Virus record (IMG/VR): IMGVR_UViG_3300022738_000051 | Coordinates: 1 to 38,836 of that record | Reading direction: 5' to 3' (one strand) | Length of the DNA stretch: 38,836 bases | Origin: a virus | Lineage: Duplodnaviria > Caudoviricetes | In this document: positions 9,397 through 18,467 of the stretch, piece by piece | How the letters are laid out: each line of letters starts with the position of its first letter | Position numbering within the stretch: position 1 is the stretch's first letter | The notes under the pieces: generated by a model | The model's input: the letters and a program-made list of their open reading frames with translations, nothing else | What the model was told of the DNA's origin: nothing | Databases searched by the model: none | Translations under genes and position numbers: made by a program

Positions 9397-9712
9397 GAAG
9401 GAGAAGCTGGCGGTCTGCGAGCTTCTCGCAGGTTGGGAGTTCACTCAAGGCGGCTCCGCATCCGAAGCTGCGGCACGTTACTCCTGCTCGGACGATCTCA
9501 GGCGAACCCTCGAAATAACGGCCGAGGACATGGCCTTCCACCGCATGTGGGAGATTGCGAAGTCTGTTGGCGACACGTCGGAAGAATTCACCGACCTGCT
9601 GTTCGATGCCGTGGAGGCCGATTACGAGGCCGTCATCGACGCCTTCGAAGAGGGTGCAGACGAGCTTCGTGCGCACGTCGCCAGTGCATCGACGGGAGGC
9701 GATGGCCGATGA
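9389..9712 (+). CDS. acidic hypothetical protein
   Basis: GGAGG RBS before ATG 9389; Asp/Glu-rich C-terminal half. Confidence 0.65.
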   Translation: MNKKEKLAVCELLAGWEFTQGGSASEAAARYSCSDDLRRTLEITAEDMAFHRMWEIAKSVGDTSEEFTDLLFDAVEADYEAVIDAFEEGADELRAHVASASTGGDGR

Positions 9713-9978
9713 GCGGGTTCTACTTCGGCGAGACCGTGCGTCTCAGATCCTATTCCGCGACCTCGAAGGCTGGGAAATCGACCATCAAGGTCGAACTCGA
9801 AACGACCGATCATTTCGACCTCGAGTCCATATTGCGCCAACTTGACGAGATCGACCGGGCGCAGCGAGAAGCCGCGAAACCCGCGAAAAAGGCAGCCCAG
9901 CCCCGCGACCGGAAAGAGCGGCTCCAGATCGCGGCGCCGCTTCTTCAGCGTGAGGATCACAGGGAGCGCGACACATGA
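9709..9978 (+). CDS. hypothetical protein
   Basis: ATGA-coupled MSGFYFGETVRL..., 89 aa. Confidence 0.65.
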   Translation: MSGFYFGETVRLRSYSATSKAGKSTIKVELETTDHFDLESILRQLDEIDRAQREAAKPAKKAAQPRDRKERLQIAAPLLQREDHRERDT

Positions 9979-10625
9979 CCTCCACCATCGCCGCCATCCA
10001 CACCGGCTTTAAACAGCTCGGCATTGCCGAGGACGATGACAAGCGGGCGATCTATGCCCGCGTCACCGGCAAGAGCCGCCTGTCGCTCATGAAGCCGGCG
10101 GAGAAGGACGCCGTGCTACAGGAGCTGCGCCGGCTCGGCTTCACGCCCACGCCGCGCCGGCCGAACGGGAAGCAACAGCTCACCGGCAGGTATGCCAAGA
10201 AGCTCCAGGCGCTTTGGATCGCCGCCTGGAACCTCGGCCTGGTCGACGATCGGGACGATGCCGCCCTGGTCGTCTTCGTCAAGCGCCAGACCGGCCTCGA
10301 CCAGGTGCGTTTCCTCCACCATGCCGACGATGCCCGCGCAGTTATCGAAGCGCTGAAGGGATGGATGGCGCGCGAGGCGTACGTCTCATACGGCTGCCTG
10401 AACGGACAGGAATGGCTTGCGGCCGATGGCGCCAAGGTCGCCTGGGCACAATGGCGGCTCCTCAATCCCGGCGCTGATCTCATCGCACGCAAGGGTTTCG
10501 ACCGCGCCGTCTATTCCATCATCGGCGGCCCGCGGGTCCACCTCGGCGAGGTGAAGGGCAAGGAGTGGCAGGCGGTCATGAACGACCTCGGCCATCGCGT
10601 CCGTGCGCTGAAGGCTGGTGTGTGA
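9975..10625 (+). CDS. gemA: GemA / Mu gp16 family (DUF1018) regulator
   Basis: IAAIHTGFKQLGIAEDDDKRAIYARVTGKSRL...KKLQALW...ARAVIEALKGW. Confidence 0.88.
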   Translation: MTSTIAAIHTGFKQLGIAEDDDKRAIYARVTGKSRLSLMKPAEKDAVLQELRRLGFTPTPRRPNGKQQLTGRYAKKLQALWIAAWNLGLVDDRDDAALVVFVKRQTGLDQVRFLHHADDARAVIEALKGWMAREAYVSYGCLNGQEWLAADGAKVAWAQWRLLNPGADLIARKGFDRAVYSIIGGPRVHLGEVKGKEWQAVMNDLGHRVRALKAGV

Positions 10626-11362
10626 TGCGCGCCGTGATGAATTCTCGCCACCACCCGAGCGATTCCCTCGACTATTTCCCGACGCCGCCCTGGGCGACCC
10701 GCGCCGTGGTGCGTGAGGTGCTGATCCCGATTTTCCGGCCGAAGTGGTTCCAGTTCTCCGATCTTGTCGCCCTGGACCCGTGCGTCGGCGGCGGTCACAT
10801 GGCTGCGCCGCTGCGTGAGGTTTTCGGTGAGGTCGAGATTTCCGACGTCTTCGACTGGGGCATCAACCCGCCGATCCGCGACTTCACGTTCGAGACGATC
10901 GACACGCTCGCGGCTGACGGCCGCGCCCGGCCGGATTGGATCTTCTGCAATCCCCCCTTCAAGATCGCCCAGGTCTTCCTCGAGCGCTCGCTGCTGATCG
11001 CCCGTATGGGCTGCGCCTTCTTCGTGCGCACCGGCTGGCTGTCCGGCCAGGAGCGGTATGATCTCATCTACCGGGACAACCCGCCAACCTACGTTGTGCA
11101 CTTCGCCGAGCGCGTCTCGCTGATCGAGAAGGCCTGGGATCCCGAGTGCAAGGGCGCAACGGATTACGTCTGGCTGATCTGGATCGCCGGCATGGCGCCG
11201 CAGCCGCCCATCTGGCTCCGGCCGGGCATGGCTGAACGATACACCGTTGCCTCCGACATGGTGCTTGCCACGCCCGGCGAGGCCAGGCGCCGCCTGGATG
11301 CGAAGAAGAAGCGGGAGAAGGAAGAGGCAGAGCGCCGCACGGCAGAACGGGCAGGTGCGTGA
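10625..11362 (+). CDS. putative N6-adenine DNA methyltransferase
   Basis: DYFPTPPW, SAM-binding LDPCVGGGHM, catalytic FCNPPF. Confidence 0.8.
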   Translation: MRAVMNSRHHPSDSLDYFPTPPWATRAVVREVLIPIFRPKWFQFSDLVALDPCVGGGHMAAPLREVFGEVEISDVFDWGINPPIRDFTFETIDTLAADGRARPDWIFCNPPFKIAQVFLERSLLIARMGCAFFVRTGWLSGQERYDLIYRDNPPTYVVHFAERVSLIEKAWDPECKGATDYVWLIWIAGMAPQPPIWLRPGMAERYTVASDMVLATPGEARRRLDAKKKREKEEAERRTAERAGA

Positions 11363-11793
11363 TGGTCGCCTACAACTTCAAGAAATACTTCGCCCCTCAG
11401 ATCGCCGCCGGCACGAAGACGCACACGATTCGCGGCCATCGTCATCGCCACGCCCATGTCGGCGAGCGCGTGCAGCTCTACACCGGCCTGCGCACCCAAT
11501 ACGCCGGCAAGATCATCGACGATCCGACCTGCATCGCCGTGCTGCCGATCGTCATCATGTCGACCGACCTGATCGACGCCGGCATCGCCTTCATCGAGAT
11601 CGGCGGTGTTCCGCTGCATCGAGACGAGATCGAGCCCTTCGCGATTTCCGACGGCTTCGATCCCGTGCAGCTCGCCGGGCTTGCCCCGAAATCCCTCATC
11701 GGCGCCACCGCGCGCGAAACCATGGGCCGCTTCTGGCGGGCCACGAACCCCGGCTCTCGATTCGAGGGCGTCATCGTTCGCTGGAGACCCTGA
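11359..11793 (+). CDS. ASCH/PUA-like domain protein
   Basis: YNFKKYFAPQIAAGTKTHTIR (GxKxxTIR) and FAISDGF motifs. Confidence 0.7.
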   Translation: MMVAYNFKKYFAPQIAAGTKTHTIRGHRHRHAHVGERVQLYTGLRTQYAGKIIDDPTCIAVLPIVIMSTDLIDAGIAFIEIGGVPLHRDEIEPFAISDGFDPVQLAGLAPKSLIGATARETMGRFWRATNPGSRFEGVIVRWRP

Positions 11794-11794
11794 C

Positions 11795-12001
11795 ATGCCT
11801 GCGACGCTGCCCCTGTTCGAAACACAGACTTTGAAAGCCATTCAAGCGGAGCGTGAAGACCTCCTGAAGAGGCTTCAACGTGGCGGCGTCGATGCACACA
11901 CCCGTATCCGGCGCGAGGAGAGGCTGAAGCGTCTCACCGCCCAGCAGATCGAAATCGAGACGCAATGCGGTATAGGCCGTGCGGGAGAGCGGCATGGATG
12001 A
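11795..12001 (+). CDS. small hypothetical protein
   Basis: GGAG RBS, MPATLPLFE..., 68 aa. Confidence 0.55.
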   Translation: MPATLPLFETQTLKAIQAEREDLLKRLQRGGVDAHTRIRREERLKRLTAQQIEIETQCGIGRAGERHG

Positions 12002-12404
12002 ACTCTCCCAGGAGCGCGCCTGGCTGACACCGTTCCTGAACCGCATCGCCGATGTTGCCGGCGTCCGCGCGGCCCTCGTCCTCGGCCGCGAGAAGGCAGC
12101 GCAGGAGATCTATATTCCGAAGACCGTTGGTCCGGATCACTGGCTCGCCCAGCTCGTGGGCCTGGATGAGGCACGCGCCATCGCATCCGTTCTCGGCCCG
12201 CGCAATGTTGTCCTGCCGCCGTCGATCGGCGGTGCCAAGCGCAAGCGGGCCTCCATTCTTGCCGAGATGATCGACAAGGGATACACAGTCAACCAGATCA
12301 CCGCCGCAACCGGCGTCGCCCGGTCGACCGTCTACGATCACCGCAAGGGCAAGGATCATCCGCGCCGCAAGCCCGGCAAGGACGATCAGGGCACCCTCCT
12401 TTAA
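11994..12404 (+). CDS. Mor/C-like late transcription activator
   Basis: IADVAGVRAAL..QEIYIP N-terminus and C-terminal HTH GYTVNQITAATGVARSTVY; sits where Mu C does, before lysis. Confidence 0.8.
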   Translation: MDELSQERAWLTPFLNRIADVAGVRAALVLGREKAAQEIYIPKTVGPDHWLAQLVGLDEARAIASVLGPRNVVLPPSIGGAKRKRASILAEMIDKGYTVNQITAATGVARSTVYDHRKGKDHPRRKPGKDDQGTLL

Positions 12405-12418
12405 TCCGATCGCTATGC

Positions 12419-12436
12419 CCGTCCGATTTCGGACGG
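12419..12436 (+). promoter_or_regulatory. late-promoter activator dyad, copy 1 (lysis operon)
   Basis: CCGTCCGA-TT-TCGGACGG, identical to 19985-20002. Confidence 0.75.
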
Positions 12437-12513
12437 CGGCAACGATGCGCTTAGCGCTTCATGGTCGCTCCAGATCACCGGCCCCTCGGCCGGTTTGTTT
12501 CATTGGAGCGGTA

Positions 12514-13467
12514 ATGAACACGAATGTCAGCCCGGAAGGGGTAATCTTCCTCGTCGGCCACGAAGGCGAGGTCCTCAAGGCTTATCGCTGCCCTGCAGGC
12601 GCCTGGACCATCGGCTCCGGTTTGACGGCCGCGTCCGGCGTCATCGCGCCGAAGGCGGGCATGACCATCACGGCGGCGGAAAACAAGCGCCTGGTCGACC
12701 TCGCGCTGAAGCGTAACTACCTGCCGCGCGTCAGCAAGGCCCTCGGCGCCGGCGTCGCCCAGAACGTCGTCGATGGCGCGGCCTCGTTCGACTACAACAC
12801 CGGCGCCATCCTGAAGGCCTCGTGGGTCGGCAAGTTCCTGAAGGGCGACAAGGTCGGCGCCCGCGCGGGGCTTGCCGCCTGGAACAAGGGCGGCGGCAAG
12901 GTTCTGAAGGGTCTCGTCCGTCGCCGGGCCGAAGAGGCGGACATCATCATCCTCGGGGCTTATCCCGCGTGGGTCCATGCGCCGGCCGTCCCGACCATCG
13001 AGAGCACCACCTATGCCACCTATGTGGTTTCGGCGACCGACGAGGAGCGCGAGGAGATCCGCGCAGCCTTCGCAGCACTCGGCTTCGACGTCGGGACGGT
13101 CAAGGGGCTCGTCGCCCGCCCGGCCGTCGAAGCGTTCCAGCGCGCCCATGACCTGACCGTGGATGGCAAGATCGGCCGCGCCACCCTCGCCACCTTGCAG
13201 CGCGAGATCGACATGAAGGCAAAGTCCAAGAATGCCGCCGCCACGTCGAGCGGCGGCGCTGGCGTCGCCGTTGGCAGCAAGGCCGTCGATCCCTCGACGA
13301 TCGACACGTCCGGCATTCCGGCTGACGCCGTCTTCTGGATCGGCGGCGGGCTGGCCGTCCTCGGCCTCGCCTATGCCGGTTACCTCGCCTGGACGTATCG
13401 CGACCTTGTCGCCGCACGCCTCAACGACAAGCTGCCGCGTCTTGCGGCCTACCTGCGGAGCTTCTGA
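12514..13467 (+). CDS. endolysin: GH24 lysozyme + peptidoglycan-binding domain + C-terminal TM helix
   Basis: HEGEVLKAYRCPAGAWTIG (E-X8-C-X5-T), GLVRRRAEE, AVEAFQRAHDLTVDGKIGRAT; GGAG RBS. Confidence 0.9.
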   Translation: MNTNVSPEGVIFLVGHEGEVLKAYRCPAGAWTIGSGLTAASGVIAPKAGMTITAAENKRLVDLALKRNYLPRVSKALGAGVAQNVVDGAASFDYNTGAILKASWVGKFLKGDKVGARAGLAAWNKGGGKVLKGLVRRRAEEADIIILGAYPAWVHAPAVPTIESTTYATYVVSATDEEREEIRAAFAALGFDVGTVKGLVARPAVEAFQRAHDLTVDGKIGRATLATLQREIDMKAKSKNAAATSSGGAGVAVGSKAVDPSTIDTSGIPADAVFWIGGGLAVLGLAYAGYLAWTYRDLVAARLNDKLPRLAAYLRSF

Positions 13468-13468
13468 C

Positions 13469-13993
13469 ATGCTTGCAGCATCCATCATCCTGGAAATCGC
13501 CACGAAGATCGGCGCGCCGATCGTCAAGTCCATCATCCAGAAGAAGATCGGCGGCACGGCCGGCGACCTCGCCGGCTCCGTCATCGACGCGGTGGCCGAG
13601 AAGGTCGGCGTGCCGGCCGAGGAACTGGCGACCGCACCGGCCGGCAAGGTCGAGGCGGCCGTGAAGGAGGTCGAGGCCGAGGCTCCGGACATGATCGCCG
13701 TGTGGGAACAGGGGCTCACCGGCCAGTTCGCGCTTCTTCAAACGGAGAGCGCAGAAGGCTTCTGGCAAAGCGCCTGGCGCTGGGGCTGGATGTACCTGCT
13801 GGCGTTCTTCTGGATCACGGCCTTCCTGCTGTTCCCGGTCGCAAAGAGCTTCGGTTTCGCCGTCGATCCGATCGATCTGTCCGTGCTCGCTACGCTCACC
13901 GGCTGGTTCATCAGCCTCTACATGGGCGGCCATACCATCAAGGCGATCGGCCAGCAGGCCGTCGAGGCCGTCAAGACCTGGCGGGCGAAATGA
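13469..13993 (+). CDS. holin, 3TM (GTA-type) family
   Basis: Follows the endolysin; FWQSAWRWGWMY plus TM segments and YMGGHTIK. Confidence 0.75.
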   Translation: MLAASIILEIATKIGAPIVKSIIQKKIGGTAGDLAGSVIDAVAEKVGVPAEELATAPAGKVEAAVKEVEAEAPDMIAVWEQGLTGQFALLQTESAEGFWQSAWRWGWMYLLAFFWITAFLLFPVAKSFGFAVDPIDLSVLATLTGWFISLYMGGHTIKAIGQQAVEAVKTWRAK

Positions 13994-14214
13994 ACCTCGG
14001 CGGAAATGCAGCTTTCGATCTCGCCGAGGTGCTGGCCGAGCAGCAGCGGGAGGCCGGCATCGCCAGCGCCCGTGCCGCTCTCAGCATTTCCGGCCGGGCG
14101 GCGTGTATCGGGTGCGGCCGCCCGATCCCGGCAGCTCGTCGCCTCGCCCATCCCGCCGCCACCCGTTGCCTGGAATGTCAGGAACTAGCCGAAAAGGAAG
14201 CCTCCCCCAAATGA
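13990..14214 (+). CDS. TraR/DksA C4-type zinc finger protein
   Basis: CIGCGRPIPAARRLAHPAATRCLECQE. Confidence 0.85.
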   Translation: MNLGGNAAFDLAEVLAEQQREAGIASARAALSISGRAACIGCGRPIPAARRLAHPAATRCLECQELAEKEASPK

Positions 14215-14573
14215 CACCGGCGGAAGTCTCACAGTATCTGGGCCTTGCCCTTGCCGTCATAGCACTGCTCGGCCACGCGAAGGGCTTCTTCTCCTCGGGT
14301 GAGAAGAAGCTTGAGGAGCGCGTCGACAAGCTCGAAAAGCGCACCGATGCCGTCGTCGAGACGGTCCAGCGGATCGACAGCGACATGAAGCATCTGCCCG
14401 ACCGCGACACCGCACACCGGATGGAAATCACGATCGAACGGATGGCCGGCCAGCTCGCTACGCTGGACAAGAGCCTTCAAGGCCAGCTGGCCGCTCTCGA
14501 CGAACGCATGAAGCCGGTCGATGCGCTCGGCCGACGTCTTCAGGAATTCTTGCTGGATAGGGCACGGTCATGA
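14211..14573 (+). CDS. DUF2730-like membrane-anchored coiled-coil protein (Mu gp25-like)
   Basis: N-terminal TM, MKHLPD motif, heptad repeats; synteny. Confidence 0.7.
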   Translation: MTPAEVSQYLGLALAVIALLGHAKGFFSSGEKKLEERVDKLEKRTDAVVETVQRIDSDMKHLPDRDTAHRMEITIERMAGQLATLDKSLQGQLAALDERMKPVDALGRRLQEFLLDRARS

Positions 14574-14872
14574 GCGCGCAGCAGGTCATCGCGGAGGAAA
14601 CCCGCCTCATCATCCTGAAAGAACTCGACCTCCAGGCGAACAAGAGCATCACGTCCGAGGCCATGCGCCGTATCCTTCTCAAGGACTGGGTGATCGATCA
14701 GCCGCGCGAGTGGGTCGAGGAGGAATTTCGCTATCTCGTATCGATGAAGGCGGTCGAGACCATCCAGGCGCGTAGTGTCCTGATCGCGAAGCTGACGGAA
14801 CGCGGTGAACAACACCTGCAGGGCCTGATCAATATTCCCGGCATTCAGCGCCCTTCATCAATGGACCGCTGA
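14570..14872 (+). CDS. Mu gp26-like winged-helix protein
   Basis: EETRLIILKEL...AKLTERG...IPGIQRPS; synteny. Confidence 0.75.
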   Translation: MSAQQVIAEETRLIILKELDLQANKSITSEAMRRILLKDWVIDQPREWVEEEFRYLVSMKAVETIQARSVLIAKLTERGEQHLQGLINIPGIQRPSSMDR

Positions 14873-14873
14873 C

Positions 14874-15440
14874 ATGACCGACGATCGGCGCGGCCGCGGA
14901 CGGCTGAATAGTCTTGAACTTCTCCCCGAGGAGGCCCAGGACGATGTCATCTGGGCGGTGGGCCAGCTCAATGAGCGGTCGCGGACGACTGCTGACATCC
15001 TGTTCGAACTGAACGATCGTCTTGAGGTGAAGGGCATTCCGCCCATCTCCAAATCTGCTTTCTACCGTCGGTCGGCTCGGCTTGCCAAACGCGCCATGCA
15101 GCTTGAAGAGCGCCGTCACATCTATGCCGGCATCGCCGAAAAGCTCACGCCCGAGGAGATCGGCCGCAACGACGTCGTGCTGGGCGAGTTCCTGAAGGCG
15201 CTGATCGACGAGCTGCTCGACAAGGAGGGCACTGACAGCAAGGGCGCCATGGAGCTGGCCCGCGCCTACAAGGACACTGTCGTCGCGCAACGCCATTCGG
15301 CCGAACATCGCCGTAAGGCTGAGGAAGAGGCCAAGACCAAACTTGGAAAGGCAGTGGAAGAAGTGGCCCAGGTGGTCCGCAAGGCCGGCGTCTCCGATGC
15401 GACCATGGAAGAGATCAACCGCCGCCTCGGTGCCATCTGA
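14874..15440 (+). CDS. DUF3486 / Mu gp27-like putative terminase small subunit
   Basis: GRGRLNSLELLP...ISKSAFYR; directly upstream of terminase large subunit. Confidence 0.8.
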   Translation: MTDDRRGRGRLNSLELLPEEAQDDVIWAVGQLNERSRTTADILFELNDRLEVKGIPPISKSAFYRRSARLAKRAMQLEERRHIYAGIAEKLTPEEIGRNDVVLGEFLKALIDELLDKEGTDSKGAMELARAYKDTVVAQRHSAEHRRKAEEEAKTKLGKAVEEVAQVVRKAGVSDATMEEINRRLGAI

Positions 15441-16882
15441 TGGGCCGCGCGCTGATCATTCCTGCCCATCGGGACGCGATCTTCCTCCCGTACCAGGCGA
15501 GGTGGATACAGGACAATTCCCGGCTGAAACAGATGGAGAAGGGCCGGCAGATCGGCCTTTCCTGGTCGACGGCCTATGCTACCGTCTCCCGTACTGCGCT
15601 GGCATCCGCCAAGCGCGACCAGTGGATTTCCTCGCGAGACGACATCCAGGCACGGCTATTTCTGGAGGACTGCAAGCTCTGGGCAGGCATCCTCGATCTC
15701 GCCGCCCAGGACCTCGGCGAGCAGGCCCTCGACCCCGACGGCAAGCAAAGTGCCTATGTGCTCCGCTTCGACAACAACCTGCGGATCAACTCCATGAGTT
15801 CGAACGCGGACGCCCAGGCCGGCAAGCGCGGCGGCCGCGTCCTCGACGAGTTCGCATTGCATCCCGATCCGCGAAAACTCTGGTCGATCGCCTATCCCGG
15901 CATCACCTGGGGCGGCTCGATGGAGATCATCTCCACGCATCGCGGTTCGAACAATTTCTTCAACCAGCTCGTCCGCGAGGTGAAGGAAGGCGGGAACCCC
16001 AAGAGGATAAGCCTTCATACCGTCACACTCCAGAACGCGCTCGACGACGGCTTCCTCTACAAGCTCCAGCAGTCGCTCCCGGCCGACGACGAGCGCCAGG
16101 AGATGACCGAGGCGGAATATTTCGATTGGGTGAAGTCCGGTTGCGCGGACGAAGAGAGCTTCCTTCAGGAATATATGTGCCAGCCGGCCGACGATGACGC
16201 GGCCTTCCTGGAATACGACCTTATTGCCGCCTGCGAGTATCCAACCGACTTCAATTTCCGCGCCATCGAGGGCCGCCAGCTCTATGCCGGCGTCGACATT
16301 GGCCGGAAGAAGGACCTGACCGTCCTTTGGGTTGTCGAGCGCCTTGGCGACGTCCTGTACACGCGGCACGTCGAATCCCTGCGGAACATGAGCAAGCCCG
16401 ACCAGGAGAAAGTCCTGTGGCCTTGGTTCGAGCGGTGCGTCTGCGTCTGCATCGACGCCACCGGCCTTGGCATCGGCTGGGCCGACGATGCTCAGAAGAA
16501 ATTCGGCGAGCATGCCGTCGAGGCGGTGACCTTCTCGGCGCCAGTGAAGGAGGCGCTCGCCTATCCCGTCCGCTCCAAGATGGAGGAGCGCCGGCTCCGC
16601 ATCCCGTTCGACAAGCATATTCGTGCCGATCTGCGCTCGGTAACGAAGCAGGTCTCGGCTGCGGGGAACATTCGCTTCACCGCCGAACGCACCGCCGACG
16701 GCCATGCCGACCATTTCTGGGCGCTCGCTCTCGCCATCGAGGCGGCCGGTGGGCCGCAGATGCAATACGGCTACAAGCCCGTGCCGCGTGCTCCCACCAA
16801 GTTCGACACCCCGAACACCGACCGCGATGACGGCGCTCCGTCACGGTTGTCATCCATGCGCCGCTCAAGAGGTATCTACTGA
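15440..16882 (+). CDS. terminase large subunit (Mu gp28-like)
   Basis: LPYQARW, EKGRQIGLSW, VLDEFA, GVDIGRKKDLT, IDATGLG, HADHFWALAL. Confidence 0.95.
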   Translation: MGRALIIPAHRDAIFLPYQARWIQDNSRLKQMEKGRQIGLSWSTAYATVSRTALASAKRDQWISSRDDIQARLFLEDCKLWAGILDLAAQDLGEQALDPDGKQSAYVLRFDNNLRINSMSSNADAQAGKRGGRVLDEFALHPDPRKLWSIAYPGITWGGSMEIISTHRGSNNFFNQLVREVKEGGNPKRISLHTVTLQNALDDGFLYKLQQSLPADDERQEMTEAEYFDWVKSGCADEESFLQEYMCQPADDDAAFLEYDLIAACEYPTDFNFRAIEGRQLYAGVDIGRKKDLTVLWVVERLGDVLYTRHVESLRNMSKPDQEKVLWPWFERCVCVCIDATGLGIGWADDAQKKFGEHAVEAVTFSAPVKEALAYPVRSKMEERRLRIPFDKHIRADLRSVTKQVSAAGNIRFTAERTADGHADHFWALALAIEAAGGPQMQYGYKPVPRAPTKFDTPNTDRDDGAPSRLSSMRRSRGIY

Positions 16883-18465
16883 TGGCTCCCCAGCTCGTCG
16901 ACCAGTACGGCAGGCCGATCAGCACGGCCGCGCTGAAGCGGGAACAGGCAGCCCCGACCATGACCGGCGTGCGCCGCCCGAATACCGAGCATCAGACCTC
17001 CGGCTTGACCCCTGACAAACTCGCACGCTTGCTGAGGGCCAGCGTCAGCGGCGACCCGGAGGCGTATCTCGCGCTCGCCGAGGACATGGAGGAGCGAGAT
17101 CTTCACTATGCCGGCGTGCTCGGCTCCCGCAAGCTCCAGGTCGCCGGCCTGGATGCGACCGTCGAGGCGGCGAGCGACAAGGCCGAGGATATCGACAATG
17201 CGGACCTGATCCGCGATTTCCTCGCGCGGGACGCCTTCGAAACCGAGGCGAACGACATCCTTGACGCGGTCGGCAAGGGCTTCTCCTGCACGGAAATCAT
17301 CTGGGATACCTCCGAAAGCCAGTGGGACCCGGTCGCCTTGAAATGGCGCGATCCACGGTGGTTCCGGTTTGCCGACGAGGACGGTGAGACACCATTGCTG
17401 CGCGATCCGGCCGGCGATCAGCCGCTTGCCCCGTACAAATGGGTGTTTCACCAGGCGAAGGTGAAGTCGGGCCTGCCGATCCGGGGTGGCATCGCCCGCG
17501 CCGTGTGCTGGACATTCCTTTTCAAAACTTTCACCACGAAGGACTGGGCGATCTTCTGCGAAGCCTACGGTCAGCCTCTCCGCCTCGGGAAGTGGGGCGA
17601 AGGTGCGTCGGAAGCGGACAAGGAAATCCTTCTGCAGGCGGTCGCCAATATCGGGGTCGACTATTCCGCCATCGTGCCGGCGTCGATGTCGGTCGAATTC
17701 ATCAAGGCCGATGTCACGGGCTCGCACGAGCTTTACGAAAAGCGCTGCGACTGGCTGGACCGGCAGGTCTCTAAGCTCGTGCTCGGCCAGACCGGGACCA
17801 CGGACATGACGGCCGGCGGCTACGCCCAGGCGAAGGTGCACGACGGCGTCAAGGCCGACATCGAACGCTCCGACGCCAAGCAGCTTGCCGCCACCCTCAA
17901 CCGGGATCTCGTGCGGCCGTACATCGACCTGAACAAGGGCCCGCAGAAGGCATATCCGAAGATCAAGATCGGTCGGCCCGAACAGATCGACGTCGAAAAG
18001 TGGATGAAGAATGTCGAAACCTTCGTCGCCATGGGTGGCAAGATCGGCATGTCCACCGTCCGCGACCGCATCGGCGCGCCGGAGCCCGACAAGGATGAAG
18101 AGCTGCTCGTGCCGCGCGGCAACGCCGCGGCGCCGGCCGCAGAGCCGCCCGCCGAGGAGAAGCCGCCCGTCAACGGCAAGGTCGCCGCCCAGCGCGCCGG
18201 CACACCCGCGAGGGCGACGGACGCGATCGACAAGTCTGTCGCCGAGATCATCGATGATGACGGGTGGGCGGAGTTGATCGAGCCGATCGTCGCCGGCCTG
18301 GACGACGCCATCGCCAGCGCCACGACCATGGAGGAGGTTCGCTCGCTCATCGCCGATCGATACCGCGACATGGACGTGAGCGCGCTCACCGACATGCTCG
18401 CTCGCGCCGCATTCTCTGCGCGTCTCGCCGGCATCGGCGGCGACGATCTCGGCGGTGAGGGCTGA
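16882..18465 (+). CDS. portal protein (DUF935, Mu gp29-like)
   Basis: EDMEERDLHY, DAVGKGFSCTEIIW, FCEAYGQPLRLGK, VSKLVLGQT. Confidence 0.93.
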   Translation: MAPQLVDQYGRPISTAALKREQAAPTMTGVRRPNTEHQTSGLTPDKLARLLRASVSGDPEAYLALAEDMEERDLHYAGVLGSRKLQVAGLDATVEAASDKAEDIDNADLIRDFLARDAFETEANDILDAVGKGFSCTEIIWDTSESQWDPVALKWRDPRWFRFADEDGETPLLRDPAGDQPLAPYKWVFHQAKVKSGLPIRGGIARAVCWTFLFKTFTTKDWAIFCEAYGQPLRLGKWGEGASEADKEILLQAVANIGVDYSAIVPASMSVEFIKADVTGSHELYEKRCDWLDRQVSKLVLGQTGTTDMTAGGYAQAKVHDGVKADIERSDAKQLAATLNRDLVRPYIDLNKGPQKAYPKIKIGRPEQIDVEKWMKNVETFVAMGGKIGMSTVRDRIGAPEPDKDEELLVPRGNAAAPAAEPPAEEKPPVNGKVAAQRAGTPARATDAIDKSVAEIIDDDGWAELIEPIVAGLDDAIASATTMEEVRSLIADRYRDMDVSALTDMLARAAFSARLAGIGGDDLGGEG

Positions 18466-18467
18466 CC

